Assembly (NCBI GenBank): GCA_014728035.1
Contig: WJMJ01000002.1
Location: forward strand, 860-64,859
From: Promethearchaeota archaeon
GTDB taxonomy: Archaea > Asgardarchaeota > Thorarchaeia > Thorarchaeales > Thorarchaeaceae
Direction of reading: 5' to 3'
Length of the DNA: 64,000 bases
In this document: positions 17,947 through 28,393 of the stretch, piece after piece
How the letters are laid out: every line of letters starts with the position of its first letter
Position numbering within the stretch: position 1 is the stretch's first letter
Notes under the pieces: model-generated
The model's database searches: none
What the model was told of the DNA's origin: nothing
Seen by the model: only the letters and a program-made list of their open reading frames with translations
Program-made: the position numbers and the translations under genes

Positions 17947-18672
17947 CTAGAAACCTTTCAACTCAAATCTGACCGAGCTAGATGATGTTTGCCCAATAAT
18001 ATCCATCTGAGCACTCAGAGATTGAGCCCAGTCACGAATAAGACATTCTATCGTATCTATTATCTCACTGTCTAGATTATATTCTTTAGCTGATAGCGAT
18101 AACACAAGTGAAACTGCTAGAAACAAACATGAAAAATTGAAAGATAATACGAAAGATTGTAGCATCAGTCTCACAATCTCTACTTCATGATTGATTTCAC
18201 TAACGTTTTGTAGGTCAACTTCTGATATGGATAGAAATGAGATAAAATCAACATCTAAGTTGTTGAATAATAATGTATATTCCTCTACATTTTCTGTTTG
18301 AATCTCATATGAAGCTAATGACATTATATCAATAAATTCCATAATAATATTAATTGCGAAACGGAGATTCTCTCCAAGTATATAGCTATAATTCTTTTCT
18401 ATTATGACATCAATATCATTTTCTTGTACTTGTATGAAGAAATCCCTAATCGCTTTGATAGCTTTTCTAATTTCTTCTCTTGATGAACTCAAGTCCTTGA
18501 AAAAATCCTCGATATCCGTATTGATATTCTTGAACATGTCAAATAGAATTCTTTTGATATTGAGTCCAACATCACCAACTAACAAAGTCAATGGATCTCC
18601 AATCAGTTCCTTAAATTGGCCTTCTGTTTTTGTGAAGGGGCCCATTATGAAGATTTGTGACATCAAAACCAT
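17947..18672 (-). CDS. Hypothetical alpha-helical protein (241 aa) immediately upstream of the MazF-like gene
   Basis: ORF with an ATG start, 31 nt upstream of the MazF-like start on the same strand. I/L/E/D-rich helices. No motif recognised. Confidence 0.55.
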   Translation of the reverse strand: MVLMSQIFIMGPFTKTEGQFKELIGDPLTLLVGDVGLNIKRILFDMFKNINTDIEDFFKDLSSSREEIRKAIKAIRDFFIQVQENDIDVIIEKNYSYILGENLRFAINIIMEFIDIMSLASYEIQTENVEEYTLLFNNLDVDFISFLSISEVDLQNVSEINHEVEIVRLMLQSFVLSFNFSCLFLAVSLVLSLSAKEYNLDSEIIDTIECLIRDWAQSLSAQMDIIGQTSSSSVRFELKGF

Positions 18673-18808
18673 CTCATTAGTTGCTACAAGCTACTTTTCA
18701 TCCGTATTCATATATTTCTAACTATTTCTGACCTCAAAAACCCAGCGATAGGAAGACTTACAAAGAATAAGTTTCGGGCTGCGTTTGTTCATTACAGGAG
18801 TCAATTCG

Positions 18809-19882
18809 ATGAATAGGCCAACCATAGGAATGATAGGTTCACACAGTGCAGAAGAGATAGGAGTTGCTGCAAAAGCCAACGGATTCGATACTGTTGTTGT
18901 TTGTCAGAAAGGCAGGGACAAAATATACTCTATCTACAATAATCATCTCTATGACCATATCATTGTTCTTGACAAATTTGGAGATATCATCAATAAGGAA
19001 GTCCAAGATCAATTAATGGAACTTGAAACCCTATGGATTCCCAATAGATCATTTTCTGTATACGTTGGATACGACGAAATTGAAACTAAATTCGAAGTAC
19101 CAATATATGGAAATAGACACATTCTTCGAGTTGAAGAGAGAGGAAATCCAAAGGACCAATATTGGTTAATGGAGCAGTCTGGAATTCGAATTCCAAAACA
19201 GATGACTCCGGATTCAATTGATAGATTAGCAATTGTAAAAGTGCAACAAAAACACAGACCATTAGAACGTGCATTCTTCTACGCTTCAAGTCCTGCCGAT
19301 TATGATAAGACCAGTGAGAAGATGATTGAAGAAGGTCTGATTACTGAGGAAGACCTCAGACAAGCCACAGTTGAGGAATTCATCATTGCACCACGATTCA
19401 ATGCTAATTTTCAAGCCTATGCGATGAGCAATTATTTTGGTGATATTGATTTAGTCGGGTTTGACGATAGAGTTCAGACAAATCTATCAGGACTGCTAAA
19501 CTTACCAGCTCAAGACCAGTTAAAATTGGAGATAAAAATTCTCAATGAAGAAGTTGGTCATAAGGGAGTAACCATGCGGGAGAGCAAAAAACCATTGGTC
19601 TATGATGCCGCAGAATTGCTTCTTACTGGAGTTAAGAAACACTTTCCACCCCGAATGATCGGTCTATTCTCTCTTCAAGGAGCAATAACAAAAGATTCTG
19701 AGTTCGTAGTATTTGATTTGAGTCCAAGAGTACCAGGAGCTCCCTGTGTTGGACCAACTAGTCCTGAAATGAGGAGACTGTCATTGAAATTTAAGCGAGA
19801 TATCCAAACACCATTAGACCTATGTATGATGGACATCAGTAGAGCAGCTGAAGAAAATGCTCTAAATGAAGCTTCCACATAA
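18809..19882 (+). CDS. PurP paralogue (FAICAR synthetase family)
   Basis: ORF 18785..19882. The likely start is ATG 18809, after CAGGAG (18795-18800). PTIGMIGSHSAEEIGVAAKANGFDTVVVC parallels the PurP N-terminus. Confidence 0.85.
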   Translation: MNRPTIGMIGSHSAEEIGVAAKANGFDTVVVCQKGRDKIYSIYNNHLYDHIIVLDKFGDIINKEVQDQLMELETLWIPNRSFSVYVGYDEIETKFEVPIYGNRHILRVEERGNPKDQYWLMEQSGIRIPKQMTPDSIDRLAIVKVQQKHRPLERAFFYASSPADYDKTSEKMIEEGLITEEDLRQATVEEFIIAPRFNANFQAYAMSNYFGDIDLVGFDDRVQTNLSGLLNLPAQDQLKLEIKILNEEVGHKGVTMRESKKPLVYDAAELLLTGVKKHFPPRMIGLFSLQGAITKDSEFVVFDLSPRVPGAPCVGPTSPEMRRLSLKFKRDIQTPLDLCMMDISRAAEENALNEAST

Positions 19883-19941
19883 TTCATAACCAATAACAAC
19901 AGGCGAAAATCAGGTCTGAAATAACTCTGAGAGGTTAATTC

Positions 19942-20907
19942 ATGAGCGTAATCCGTGAAGGAAAAGTGAAACGTGTCCTTGAAGACCCTTCGTCAAAGCA
20001 GCATGTGATAATTGAATTCACCAATTTCGTAACTGCTGGAGATGGGGCAAAGAAGGATGAATTGGAGGGAAAAGGGCGTCTAGCCTGTGACATCACAGAA
20101 TTTCTACTCAAATATCTATCAGATAAGGGAATAGAAACACACTATGTAGAAACACTCGAAGGTCCGAGGATACGGTGTTTCCGAGCTGCGATTTTACCGG
20201 TTGAAGTTGTTTGTAGAAATATTGCAGCTGGTTCTTTCTGTAGAAGATATGGCATAGAAAAAGGAATAGAACTAGATAGGCCCTTGGTTGAATTCTTTCT
20301 TAAAGATGACGACCTTGGAGACCCCTTAATAACTGAGGAAGCAGTTCTTCGATTGAATTTGGTAAATAAAACAGATCTAGGATTTATGAAATCAATCGCA
20401 CTCAGTGTAAATCACTATCTTTCTGAACTATTTGGACAACAAGAACTGCGATTAGTTGACTTTAAATTAGAATTTGGGAAGACAGCAGATGGACGCCTAG
20501 TGGTTGCAGATGAAATTTCAGGAGATACAATGAGAATCTGGAATAAAGAGGGAGAATCATTAGACAAAGATCTGTTTAGAGAAGATTCTGGAGACCTCCT
20601 CTCAGCGTATATCGGGATTCTGGAGATACTTCGCAAGACAGATCCGGATAGTATTCCAATTAGACCGGAAACTCTACAAGTCATTGTTATGCCAAAAGAT
20701 GGAATCAAAAACCCTCCTGGAGAAGTAACAAAAAAGGGTCTCATACGTCTAGGATTTCAGGATGTGAAGGAGGTTAGAGTTGGAAAAGTATTCCAAGTTT
20801 CTCTTACTAAACCCTTGACTAGTGGTCTTCTAAAAGGTCTTGAACTAATGAATATCAAACTACTCACAAATCCAATCGCCGAAACACATGAAGTGAGGTT
20901 AGCTTAG
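19942..20907 (+). CDS. purC/purS: SAICAR synthetase fused to FGAM synthase subunit PurS (PurC-PurS fusion)
   Basis: aa 1-~235 is PurC-like (REGKVKRV..., GKGRLACDITEFLL, RLVVADEISGDTMRIW). aa ~245-321 is PurS-like (LQVIVMPKDGIKNPPGEVTKKGLIRLGFQDVKEVRVGKVFQV...LLTNPIAETHEV). Confidence 0.88.
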   Translation: MSVIREGKVKRVLEDPSSKQHVIIEFTNFVTAGDGAKKDELEGKGRLACDITEFLLKYLSDKGIETHYVETLEGPRIRCFRAAILPVEVVCRNIAAGSFCRRYGIEKGIELDRPLVEFFLKDDDLGDPLITEEAVLRLNLVNKTDLGFMKSIALSVNHYLSELFGQQELRLVDFKLEFGKTADGRLVVADEISGDTMRIWNKEGESLDKDLFREDSGDLLSAYIGILEILRKTDPDSIPIRPETLQVIVMPKDGIKNPPGEVTKKGLIRLGFQDVKEVRVGKVFQVSLTKPLTSGLLKGLELMNIKLLTNPIAETHEVRLA

Positions 20908-20908
20908 C

Positions 20909-21607
20909 ATGGCAATTGCGGTTATCAGATTTCCCGGCACTAATAATGAGAAGGACGTGTTACGAGCTCTTTCTTCGATTCCTGGCGCAGAACCTTATTT
21001 AGTTCCAAGTTATGACGGTCCGGGTCCTATTGCAAAAGCAGATGGAGTTTTCATTCCCGGTGGATTCTCATATGGAGACTATCTTCGAGCAGGAGCAGTT
21101 GCCTCGGTTGAGGCAATTATGGATGGTGTAGTTGAGATTGCAAAAGCAGGAAAACCAGTCATTGGAATATGTAATGGCTTTCAAATATTAGCTGAAGCTG
21201 GACTTCTTCCTGGTGCACTGTTACCAAACGAATCAGCAAGATTTGTATGTAAATGGATTCACCTTCGAGCTTGTGAAACAAATAGTATCTATACTGAAGG
21301 TCTCGATTCAGCTATTTTACGTATTCCAATAGCACACGCAGAAGGAAATTTTTACTGTTCTAAAGAAGAGCTGCACATGCTAAATGGTGATGGAAGGGTC
21401 TCATTCAGATATTGTGACGAGGTAGGAGAAGCAACCGATGAAGTGAACCCAAACGGCTCACTTGATAATATCGCAGGAATTGTCAACGAGAGAGGAAATG
21501 TCTTAGGAATGATGCCCCATCCAGAACGAGCTTCAAGAGCTATTCTTGGCTCAACTGATGGTCTTGCAATTCTAGAGAATTTCGTTAGAGCAACACGAAC
21601 TGCATAA
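20909..21607 (+). CDS. purQ: FGAM synthase, glutamine amidotransferase subunit
   Basis: IAVIRFPGTNNEKD, nucleophile elbow GICNGFQIL, and MPHPER near the C-terminus. Confidence 0.95.
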   Translation: MAIAVIRFPGTNNEKDVLRALSSIPGAEPYLVPSYDGPGPIAKADGVFIPGGFSYGDYLRAGAVASVEAIMDGVVEIAKAGKPVIGICNGFQILAEAGLLPGALLPNESARFVCKWIHLRACETNSIYTEGLDSAILRIPIAHAEGNFYCSKEELHMLNGDGRVSFRYCDEVGEATDEVNPNGSLDNIAGIVNERGNVLGMMPHPERASRAILGSTDGLAILENFVRATRTA

Positions 21608-21616
21608 GGTGATGAT

Positions 21617-23785
21617 ATGCTTACTAAGAGGGAACTAGACCACGCAACGGAAACTCTTGGGAGAGACCCTACTGAAACCGAATTGAACATGCTTGATGTT
21701 CTTTGGTCAGAACATTGTTCTTACAAAAGCTCACAGAGATGGTTTCATCTCTTTAACACTGAGGGAGAAAGAGTCTTTCTAGGGCCAGGTGAGGGAGCTG
21801 GCTTGGTTGATATCGGAGATGATGTTCTTGTGGGAGTAGCCATGGAATCACATAACCACCCAAGTCAGATTGATCCCTACAATGGCGCTGCAACAGGAGT
21901 TGGTGGAATTATCAGAGATGTAATTTCTCAGGGATGCAGACCTGTTGGACTTATGAATTGCCTTAGATTTGGTCCTTTATCCAAATCTCATAATGCATAC
22001 CTACTAGAGCATTCTGTCCATGGCATCTCAGAATATGGGAACAGCGTTGGTATCCCAATGATTGGCGGAGAGGTTCAATTTGACATTTCGTATGACGATA
22101 ACTGCTTGATAAACGTAGTATGTATTGGTACGGTTACTCCAGAAAAAATCGTAAGAAGCAGCGCAAAAACACCAGGGCATCTTCTAGTAATGTTTGGTTC
22201 AACAACTGGGCGGGATGGAATCGCAGGGGTAAGCTTCGCTTCAGAATCATTCTCTGATGAAGAGGATGAAAATAGAGGAGCTGTACAGATTGGAGACCCT
22301 CTAGCAAAGAAAGTAGTGCTGGATGTTCTGGAGGAGCTGATTGATAAGGAGCTTCTTGAGGGGCTTCAAGATCTCGGCGGCGGAGGATTGACCTCTGCTG
22401 CAGGAGAAATGGCATCCAAAGGTGGAACAGGAGTGCTAATTGAAGTTGAAAAGGTGCCTCTTCGCGAAGAAGGAATGGTTGCTCAGGAGATTATTATTTC
22501 TGAGTCACAAGAACGCATGCTTGCTATTGTAAATCCTGAAAAAATCGATGATGTAAAAGATATCCTTGAAAAACACGATACACCACATGGAGTCATTGGA
22601 AAAGTCACAGATGATGGATTCTATACTGTAATGGAAAACGGAGAGATAAGGGCAAGATTACCAATCGACTTACTTGTTGATGGTTTTCCGGTACCAGAAA
22701 GAATTGAAGAACAGCTTCAGATGGGAAGTGGCTCACATGCATGGATTAAGGAACCAGAAGACCAATCTGAATTTCTCTTGCAAATGATTGGTTCACTAAA
22801 TATATGTGACCGCTCATGGGTGTATAGCCAGTATGACCAGCATGTCCAATCAAATACAATAGTAGGTATTGGAGAGAATGCAGGTGTCATAGAATTCCCT
22901 AAGGGAAAAAGATTAGCTTTTACCAGTGATTGCAACTCATTATGGTGTTTATTAGACCCAAGAAGTGGAGCGGCAAACTCCGCTGCTGAATCACTGAGAA
23001 ATCTCGTATCTATGGGAGCAAAACCAATCTTTATTGCAGATTGTCTCAACTTTGGAAATCCAGAACGTCCGGAGTCATACTCCCAATTTGTTGAAGCAGT
23101 AAGAGGTCTCGGGCAGTTTTCCCATGATTTTGATATTCCTATCGTTGGAGGAAACGTTTCACTTTACAATGAAGCTGTTGTAGAAGGTAAGCACAAAAGA
23201 ATCAATCCAACACCTCAAATCATGATTGGGGGAATGTTTGAAATTGGAGTGAATCCTGTCCGTCGAAACCTATCTACACCCCTTGCAAATATATTCTTAG
23301 TTGGTACAACACACAGAGAGCTTAATGGTTCACAATTTCAAAAAATGACACTTGACCAAGTAAAAGGAATACCACCAATATACCAACCTGGAATTGAGAA
23401 CAAAGTCATGAATACTATGCTTGAAGCTCACAGTAAGCGGATACTTCGTTCTTGCAATAATATTGGAAGGGGCGGACTAGCCATCGCATTGATGAAGATG
23501 GTAATGAATAGCGACCTTGGATTTACCATAAATGCTGATGAAATTCCAGGAACTTCTAAAACATTAACAGAAAACTTGTATTCAGAAACATCAGCAAGAT
23601 ACTTAGCGGAAGTTCCAGAATCAAATCAGGCAGAATTCCTTGGATTAATGGAGCAAAATGACATCCCTACAGTAGAATTAGGGTTAGTAGTTACAGATAA
23701 AGTGGCGAATTTTGGATCATTCAGTGTTCCAATCAGACAAGCTCGAGAAGTTTACAGACAGGGTATTGCAAAATACATGGAGTGA
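21617..23785 (+). CDS. purL: FGAM synthase II (small PurL)
   Basis: 722 aa. [27 protein letters not shown] and duplicated AIRS-like domains. Confidence 0.95.
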   Translation: MLTKRELDHATETLGRDPTETELNMLDVLWSEHCSYKSSQRWFHLFNTEGERVFLGPGEGAGLVDIGDDVLVGVAMESHNHPSQIDPYNGAATGVGGIIRDVISQGCRPVGLMNCLRFGPLSKSHNAYLLEHSVHGISEYGNSVGIPMIGGEVQFDISYDDNCLINVVCIGTVTPEKIVRSSAKTPGHLLVMFGSTTGRDGIAGVSFASESFSDEEDENRGAVQIGDPLAKKVVLDVLEELIDKELLEGLQDLGGGGLTSAAGEMASKGGTGVLIEVEKVPLREEGMVAQEIIISESQERMLAIVNPEKIDDVKDILEKHDTPHGVIGKVTDDGFYTVMENGEIRARLPIDLLVDGFPVPERIEEQLQMGSGSHAWIKEPEDQSEFLLQMIGSLNICDRSWVYSQYDQHVQSNTIVGIGENAGVIEFPKGKRLAFTSDCNSLWCLLDPRSGAANSAAESLRNLVSMGAKPIFIADCLNFGNPERPESYSQFVEAVRGLGQFSHDFDIPIVGGNVSLYNEAVVEGKHKRINPTPQIMIGGMFEIGVNPVRRNLSTPLANIFLVGTTHRELNGSQFQKMTLDQVKGIPPIYQPGIENKVMNTMLEAHSKRILRSCNNIGRGGLAIALMKMVMNSDLGFTINADEIPGTSKTLTENLYSETSARYLAEVPESNQAEFLGLMEQNDIPTVELGLVVTDKVANFGSFSVPIRQAREVYRQGIAKYME

Positions 23786-25227
23786 ATATTTTGACTGATA
23801 TATTGATAATTTGTGGAAGTAAAAGCGATTCTCACATATCGGATAAAGTAACTCGAACACTCGAAGACTTGGGGATACTTTACCAACTTGAAATAGCATC
23901 AGCTCATCGAGAACCAGATCGTTTGCATAAGATTGTGCGAGAGAGTAACGCCAAGGTCTTCATTACAATCGCAGGATTAGCTGCAGCACTACCTGGTGTG
24001 GTTGCTTCAATCACCGAAAAACCTGTTATCGGAGTACCAGTTTCAGCTAAACTTGGAGGATTAGATGCTCTATTATCTATTGTTCAGATGCCAAAAGGTG
24101 TGCCTGTTGCAACCGTTGGTATCGATAATGGTCAGAATGCTGCCTATCTTGCTGCTCGTATTCTGGGGGTAAAGAAGGAAAGAATACCACTTCCTTCAAC
24201 CTATGCAGAAGCGGGAGTAGATGAAGAAGAGGTTTCGAGAGGGCTGAAGACTATAGGTGAATATGTCAAGAAATCATTTGAACACGGCACTGTAATGCAA
24301 GAATATGGGCACTTCGCCAACACAGTAAAAATCAATGAGGACCTCTGCATCGCTCTTTCAACTGATGGAGTTGGTAGTAAAATACTAGTTGCCGAAATGG
24401 CAGGACGTTACGATTCAATCGGTCAAGACTGCGTTGCCATGAATGTCAACGATTTGATTTGTGTTGGAATTACACCCGTTGGTTTTGTTGACTATCTAGC
24501 TTCAGAGGAACCAATGCCAGATTGGATCCTAAGTCAAATCGGGCAGAGTCTCTATGAAGCTTGCAAAGAATCAGATATTCCCATACTTGGAGGAGAAACA
24601 GCTATTCTCCCAGACATAATTCGAGGGCTTCATGACCCCGGATTGGATTTAGCTGGGACTGCTGTAGGTATAGCACATCCAAATGAACTAATTGATGGAA
24701 GTAAGATAGAGCATGGAGATGTAATCCTAGGTATAGCATCTAACGGGCTTCATTCCAACGGATTCTCCTTATCAAGAAAACTCATCTTCTCAAAGTATTC
24801 GATTACTGATGTTCTTCCTTGGGGAATAACTGTTGCAGATGAGTTACTTAGACCTACCAGAATTTACGTACAGCACTTTAAAGATCTAAAAAACAAAGGC
24901 ATTGACGTGAAAGGTATCGCACATATTACTGGATCAGGTTTCAAGAAGATGCTTAGATTGAAATCTATGAAGTTTAGAATTAGCAAATATCCTGAACTAC
25001 AACCAATCTTCTCATTACTCAAGGATACTGGTAAGATTAGCTGGACAGAAATGTTTACTACCTTTAACATGGGAATAGGTCTGATAGTCATCGTTCCAGA
25101 AGATGAAGTTGATGAAACTGTTAAGACAATTAGCAAGTTTGATGAAGTTTATAGACTTGGAGTTGTCGAAGACGATGACAAAGGCTCAGTTATCATTGAG
25201 CCATATGGAGTGACAATAAGTGAGTAA
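23782..25227 (+). CDS. purE/purM: PurE (carboxyaminoimidazole ribonucleotide mutase/carboxylase) fused to PurM (AIR synthetase)
   Basis: GTG start overlaps the purL stop (GTGA). aa 1-~130 is PurE-like ([35 protein letters not shown]). The rest is PurM-like ([27 protein letters not shown]). Confidence 0.9.
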   Translation: MNILTDILIICGSKSDSHISDKVTRTLEDLGILYQLEIASAHREPDRLHKIVRESNAKVFITIAGLAAALPGVVASITEKPVIGVPVSAKLGGLDALLSIVQMPKGVPVATVGIDNGQNAAYLAARILGVKKERIPLPSTYAEAGVDEEEVSRGLKTIGEYVKKSFEHGTVMQEYGHFANTVKINEDLCIALSTDGVGSKILVAEMAGRYDSIGQDCVAMNVNDLICVGITPVGFVDYLASEEPMPDWILSQIGQSLYEACKESDIPILGGETAILPDIIRGLHDPGLDLAGTAVGIAHPNELIDGSKIEHGDVILGIASNGLHSNGFSLSRKLIFSKYSITDVLPWGITVADELLRPTRIYVQHFKDLKNKGIDVKGIAHITGSGFKKMLRLKSMKFRISKYPELQPIFSLLKDTGKISWTEMFTTFNMGIGLIVIVPEDEVDETVKTISKFDEVYRLGVVEDDDKGSVIIEPYGVTISE

Positions 25228-26476
25228 GGTTCTCCTCATTGGTAATGGAGCAAGAGAACATGCAATAGCAGCAGCTTTAGCTAGAGCAAATGTTGAGTTG
25301 CATGCACATATGAACAAAATGAATCCTGGTATAGCTGCGCTAGCAACCTCCACATCTATCAATACGTTGATGGATCGAGAGAAGCTGCCAGACCTAACTG
25401 GATTTGATTATGCAGTGATTGGTCCGGAAGCACCTCTATCGGTTGGAATTTCAGATTACTTAGAGAACCAAGGCATTCCCTGTGTTGCACCTCTTCAAAG
25501 ATGTGCAAAAATTGAGATAAGTAAAGCCTTTGCAAGAGAAGTCATCCAGAAAGCTGCCAAGCATGCTAATCCGCAATATGCAATTGTTCGTAGCCTTGAT
25601 GGTATCCAAAAATTCGAAGATAAAGTAGGGGTTGAGAATATCGTCGTCAAGCCAGACGGTCTTACTGGTGGAAAGGGCGTTAAGATTTTTGGAGAGCATC
25701 TGACTTCAAGGACAGATGTTGAAAATTATGCTGCTGAAGAAATCACAAAACATGGAATCGTTATTCTAGAAGAAAAACTAGTTGGAACTGAATTTACTGT
25801 CCAATCCTTCGTTGATGGAAAAGATCTGAAGTTTATGCCTCTCGTACGTGACTACAAACGAGCTTATGATAATGACGAAGGACCAAACACTGGTTCAATG
25901 GGTTCTTACTCATGTGAGAATCATGAACTTTCCTATGTTACAAATAACGACCTTGCTTCTGCAAAAAAGATAATGAAATCAGTTGTTAAAGAGATTAAAA
26001 AGAGAACCCAATACGAGTACAAGGGAATTCTATATGGACAATTTATGAAGACTGAAACTGGACCAAAGGTCATCGAGTTTAATGCCCGATTTGGAGACCC
26101 CGAAGCGATGAATGTATTGTCGTTGCTTGATACATCTATGGATGAGGTATGTCTTAGTATCATTGATGGAAAGTTAATAACTCCGAAATTTGAACAAAAA
26201 GCTACTGTCTGTGTGTATGTTGTACCAGAAGGATATCCTGGACCTGATGTGATGAAAGATCAACCAATTAGACTTGGTGAAAATATCCAAGCTGAATTAT
26301 ATTACGCATCGGTCTATGAGAGAGATGATGTGGTATATACAACAGGAAGCAGATCTATTGGAGTTCTAGGAAAAGGTAGCAGCCTCAAAGATGCTGGAGA
26401 AGTAGCTTATGACTCGGTAAAAAAAATAACAGGCAAAGTGAGGTATCGAACAGATATTGCAAAGGACGCCATCTAA
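25220..26476 (+). CDS. purD: Phosphoribosylamine-glycine ligase
   Basis: GTG start with an 8-nt overlap with the upstream gene. [16 protein letters not shown]-grasp motifs ([20 protein letters not shown]). Confidence 0.95.
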   Translation: MSKVLLIGNGAREHAIAAALARANVELHAHMNKMNPGIAALATSTSINTLMDREKLPDLTGFDYAVIGPEAPLSVGISDYLENQGIPCVAPLQRCAKIEISKAFAREVIQKAAKHANPQYAIVRSLDGIQKFEDKVGVENIVVKPDGLTGGKGVKIFGEHLTSRTDVENYAAEEITKHGIVILEEKLVGTEFTVQSFVDGKDLKFMPLVRDYKRAYDNDEGPNTGSMGSYSCENHELSYVTNNDLASAKKIMKSVVKEIKKRTQYEYKGILYGQFMKTETGPKVIEFNARFGDPEAMNVLSLLDTSMDEVCLSIIDGKLITPKFEQKATVCVYVVPEGYPGPDVMKDQPIRLGENIQAELYYASVYERDDVVYTTGSRSIGVLGKGSSLKDAGEVAYDSVKKITGKVRYRTDIAKDAI

Positions 26477-26532
26477 TTTCAGAGAGCTAGTCATATAAGG
26501 AATAGAATATCGCTCCCGAACGAGGCATTTCC

Positions 26533-28092
26533 TTGATAGAAGAGAAGATACTAGTAATGGATTATGGTGGTCAATACACACACCTAATAGCTAGAAGGTG
26601 TAGGGAGCTTGGAGTCTACGCAGAGATTATCACAAAAGACACACGTCTGATTGATAAGGTCTTACATGGAGTGAAAGGGATAATCTTGTCAGGAGGGCCT
26701 CGAACCGCTACAAAAGAAGATATTGGACCTCCATTTATTACAAATCTAGAAAAATTGAGAAATGAAAAAATTCCTATTCTAGGTATCTGTTTCGGTCATC
26801 AGATACTGGCATATGCTAGTGGAGCTAAGCTTGCAGCTGGGGGAAATCCTGAGTACGGAGAAATGAAAATCAAAGTAGTTAGTGACACACCATTGTTGTC
26901 AGGACTAGAAAGAGAACAAAAAGTTTGGATGAGTCATTCAGATGAAGTCTGTGAACTACCAGAATCACTGACAGCATTGGCTGAAAGTGGAGATGATCAT
27001 ATTGCTTCCTTTGCCAGTAAAGACAACTTGGTATTTGGAGTTCAATTTCACCCAGAAGTCACACATACTCAAAATGGGATGACCATCCTTAGGGCATTCC
27101 TTAGGGATATCTGTAACTATGAGAAAGAATGGACTCCCGGAAAAGAGATAGATATCATAGTTGAAGAGATTAGAAAAACAGTAGGTAATGGGAGAGTTCT
27201 GATGGGGACTAGTGGAGGAGTCGATTCTACTGTCGCTGCATACCTGATTAAACAAGCTATCGGAGACCGTCTCTATTGTGTATTTGTTGATAATGGACTT
27301 CTCAGACACAACGAACGCGAAGAGGTAGAGAAAGCTTTCGATGAGATGGGTTTTGAACACTTCGTCACAGTTGATGCTGCTGATGAATTCCTAGAGAAAC
27401 TAGAAGGTGTTGTCGATCCAGAACAAAAAAGAAAGGTTATCGCTGAAACCTTCATCAGAGTGTTTGAACGCAAAGCAAAAGAATTGGAAGCAGAATACGG
27501 TGAGTTTGCCTTCCTTGGACAGGGTACAATCTATCCAGATAGAGTTGAGAGTGCAGCAACGGGGAAGGAAACCTCAGTGATAAAGAGTCATCATAATGTT
27601 ACTTTACCAGACTGGATGAAAATGAGTCTTGTAGAACCTCTCAAGGACTTGTATAAGGATGAAGTTCGAAAAGTTGGTGTGAAACTTAGCATCCCCTCAA
27701 AGATGATTCGTAGACAACCATTTCCGGGCCCTTCACTTGCAATCAGAATTGGAGGACCAGTTACAAGAGAACAATTGGAAATTCTTCGCCATGCAGATAG
27801 GATACTCCAAGAAGAATTAGAACAGGATAATTCCTATGATACCATTTGGCAATCTTTCTGTGTATTACTTCCTGTACGATCAGTTGGAGTCATGGGAGAT
27901 GAACGTACATATGATCAGGCAGCAGTGATTCGAGTCGTCGAGAGTAAAGACGCAATGACAGCATCAGTAAGTAGATTGGAATGGGATGTGTTACTAAAAA
28001 TAGCCTCACGAATCGCTAATCAAGTTAGAGGGATTAATCGAGTAGTCTACGATGTGACATCGAAACCACCAGGTACAATTGAATGGTATTGA
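26533..28092 (+). CDS. guaA: GMP synthase (glutamine-hydrolysing), fused GATase + ATP-pyrophosphatase
   Basis: TTG start is needed to keep the first beta-strand ILVMDYGGQYT. GICFGHQ nucleophile, P-loop SGGVDSTV, and C-terminal KPPGTIEWY. Confidence 0.95.
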   Translation: MIEEKILVMDYGGQYTHLIARRCRELGVYAEIITKDTRLIDKVLHGVKGIILSGGPRTATKEDIGPPFITNLEKLRNEKIPILGICFGHQILAYASGAKLAAGGNPEYGEMKIKVVSDTPLLSGLEREQKVWMSHSDEVCELPESLTALAESGDDHIASFASKDNLVFGVQFHPEVTHTQNGMTILRAFLRDICNYEKEWTPGKEIDIIVEEIRKTVGNGRVLMGTSGGVDSTVAAYLIKQAIGDRLYCVFVDNGLLRHNEREEVEKAFDEMGFEHFVTVDAADEFLEKLEGVVDPEQKRKVIAETFIRVFERKAKELEAEYGEFAFLGQGTIYPDRVESAATGKETSVIKSHHNVTLPDWMKMSLVEPLKDLYKDEVRKVGVKLSIPSKMIRRQPFPGPSLAIRIGGPVTREQLEILRHADRILQEELEQDNSYDTIWQSFCVLLPVRSVGVMGDERTYDQAAVIRVVESKDAMTASVSRLEWDVLLKIASRIANQVRGINRVVYDVTSKPPGTIEWY

Positions 28093-28138
28093 AAATACCA
28101 CCATTCCGAATCCTTAAATTTCATCATTCATATTAATT

Positions 28139-28317
28139 CGTGCGCCTTATGCGCTAATGTTAGAGTTACTGCCATTTCCCTAACATTACGTGGTGCATCA
28201 TAGTCCGAGCTGTTATGGCTATAATCGGATCAAGAACAAAGTAGTCTTATGACAACTTCTTGACCCAGGGTGTTCCTTTCTCCGTTAAGGGTTCCTGGGC
28301 GCACCACGACATGGTGC
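28139..28317. ncRNA. Candidate structured RNA (family and strand unresolved): hairpin plus a compact four-way junction, with alternative pairings
   Basis: Perfect helices read directly. 28155-28163/28180-28188 (9 bp). 28189-28196/28301-28308 (8 bp) encloses three abutting hairpins: 28204-28208/28225-28229, 28230-28236/28257-28263 and 28264-28269/28294-28299. Competing helices are 28140-28146/28298-28304 and 28301-28306/28312-28317. The stems are G+C-rich within an AT-rich 301-nt non-coding gap. Confidence 0.4.
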
Positions 28318-28393
28318 TAATTATGAAGAAACTAAACAGACCCGTTTGGTATCCATAAGGTATAAGCATACATATGCATGAAGTGAAGATACA

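Noticed and set aside
16986-18672. The opposite-strand insert in the pur cluster considered as a mobile element or integrated island.
   Set aside because: I could see no integrase, transposase, flanking direct or inverted repeats, or tRNA target. It is reported only as an interruption carrying a toxin-like gene.
28139-28317. Identity of the structured RNA as RNase P RNA or SRP (7S) RNA. The strings auaguccgagc and aagaacaaaguagucuuau superficially recall RNase P CR-I/CR-V, and guggugc...uaguccgagcu recalls the SRP Alu domain.
   Set aside because: The two RNase P-like strings cannot form the P4 helix (tagtcc and tagtct are direct repeats, not complementary), and there is no S-domain. For SRP, the helix order does not match (no long helix 5, and no GNAR-capped helix 8 with an AGCA loop). 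I keep it as an unclassified RNA candidate only.
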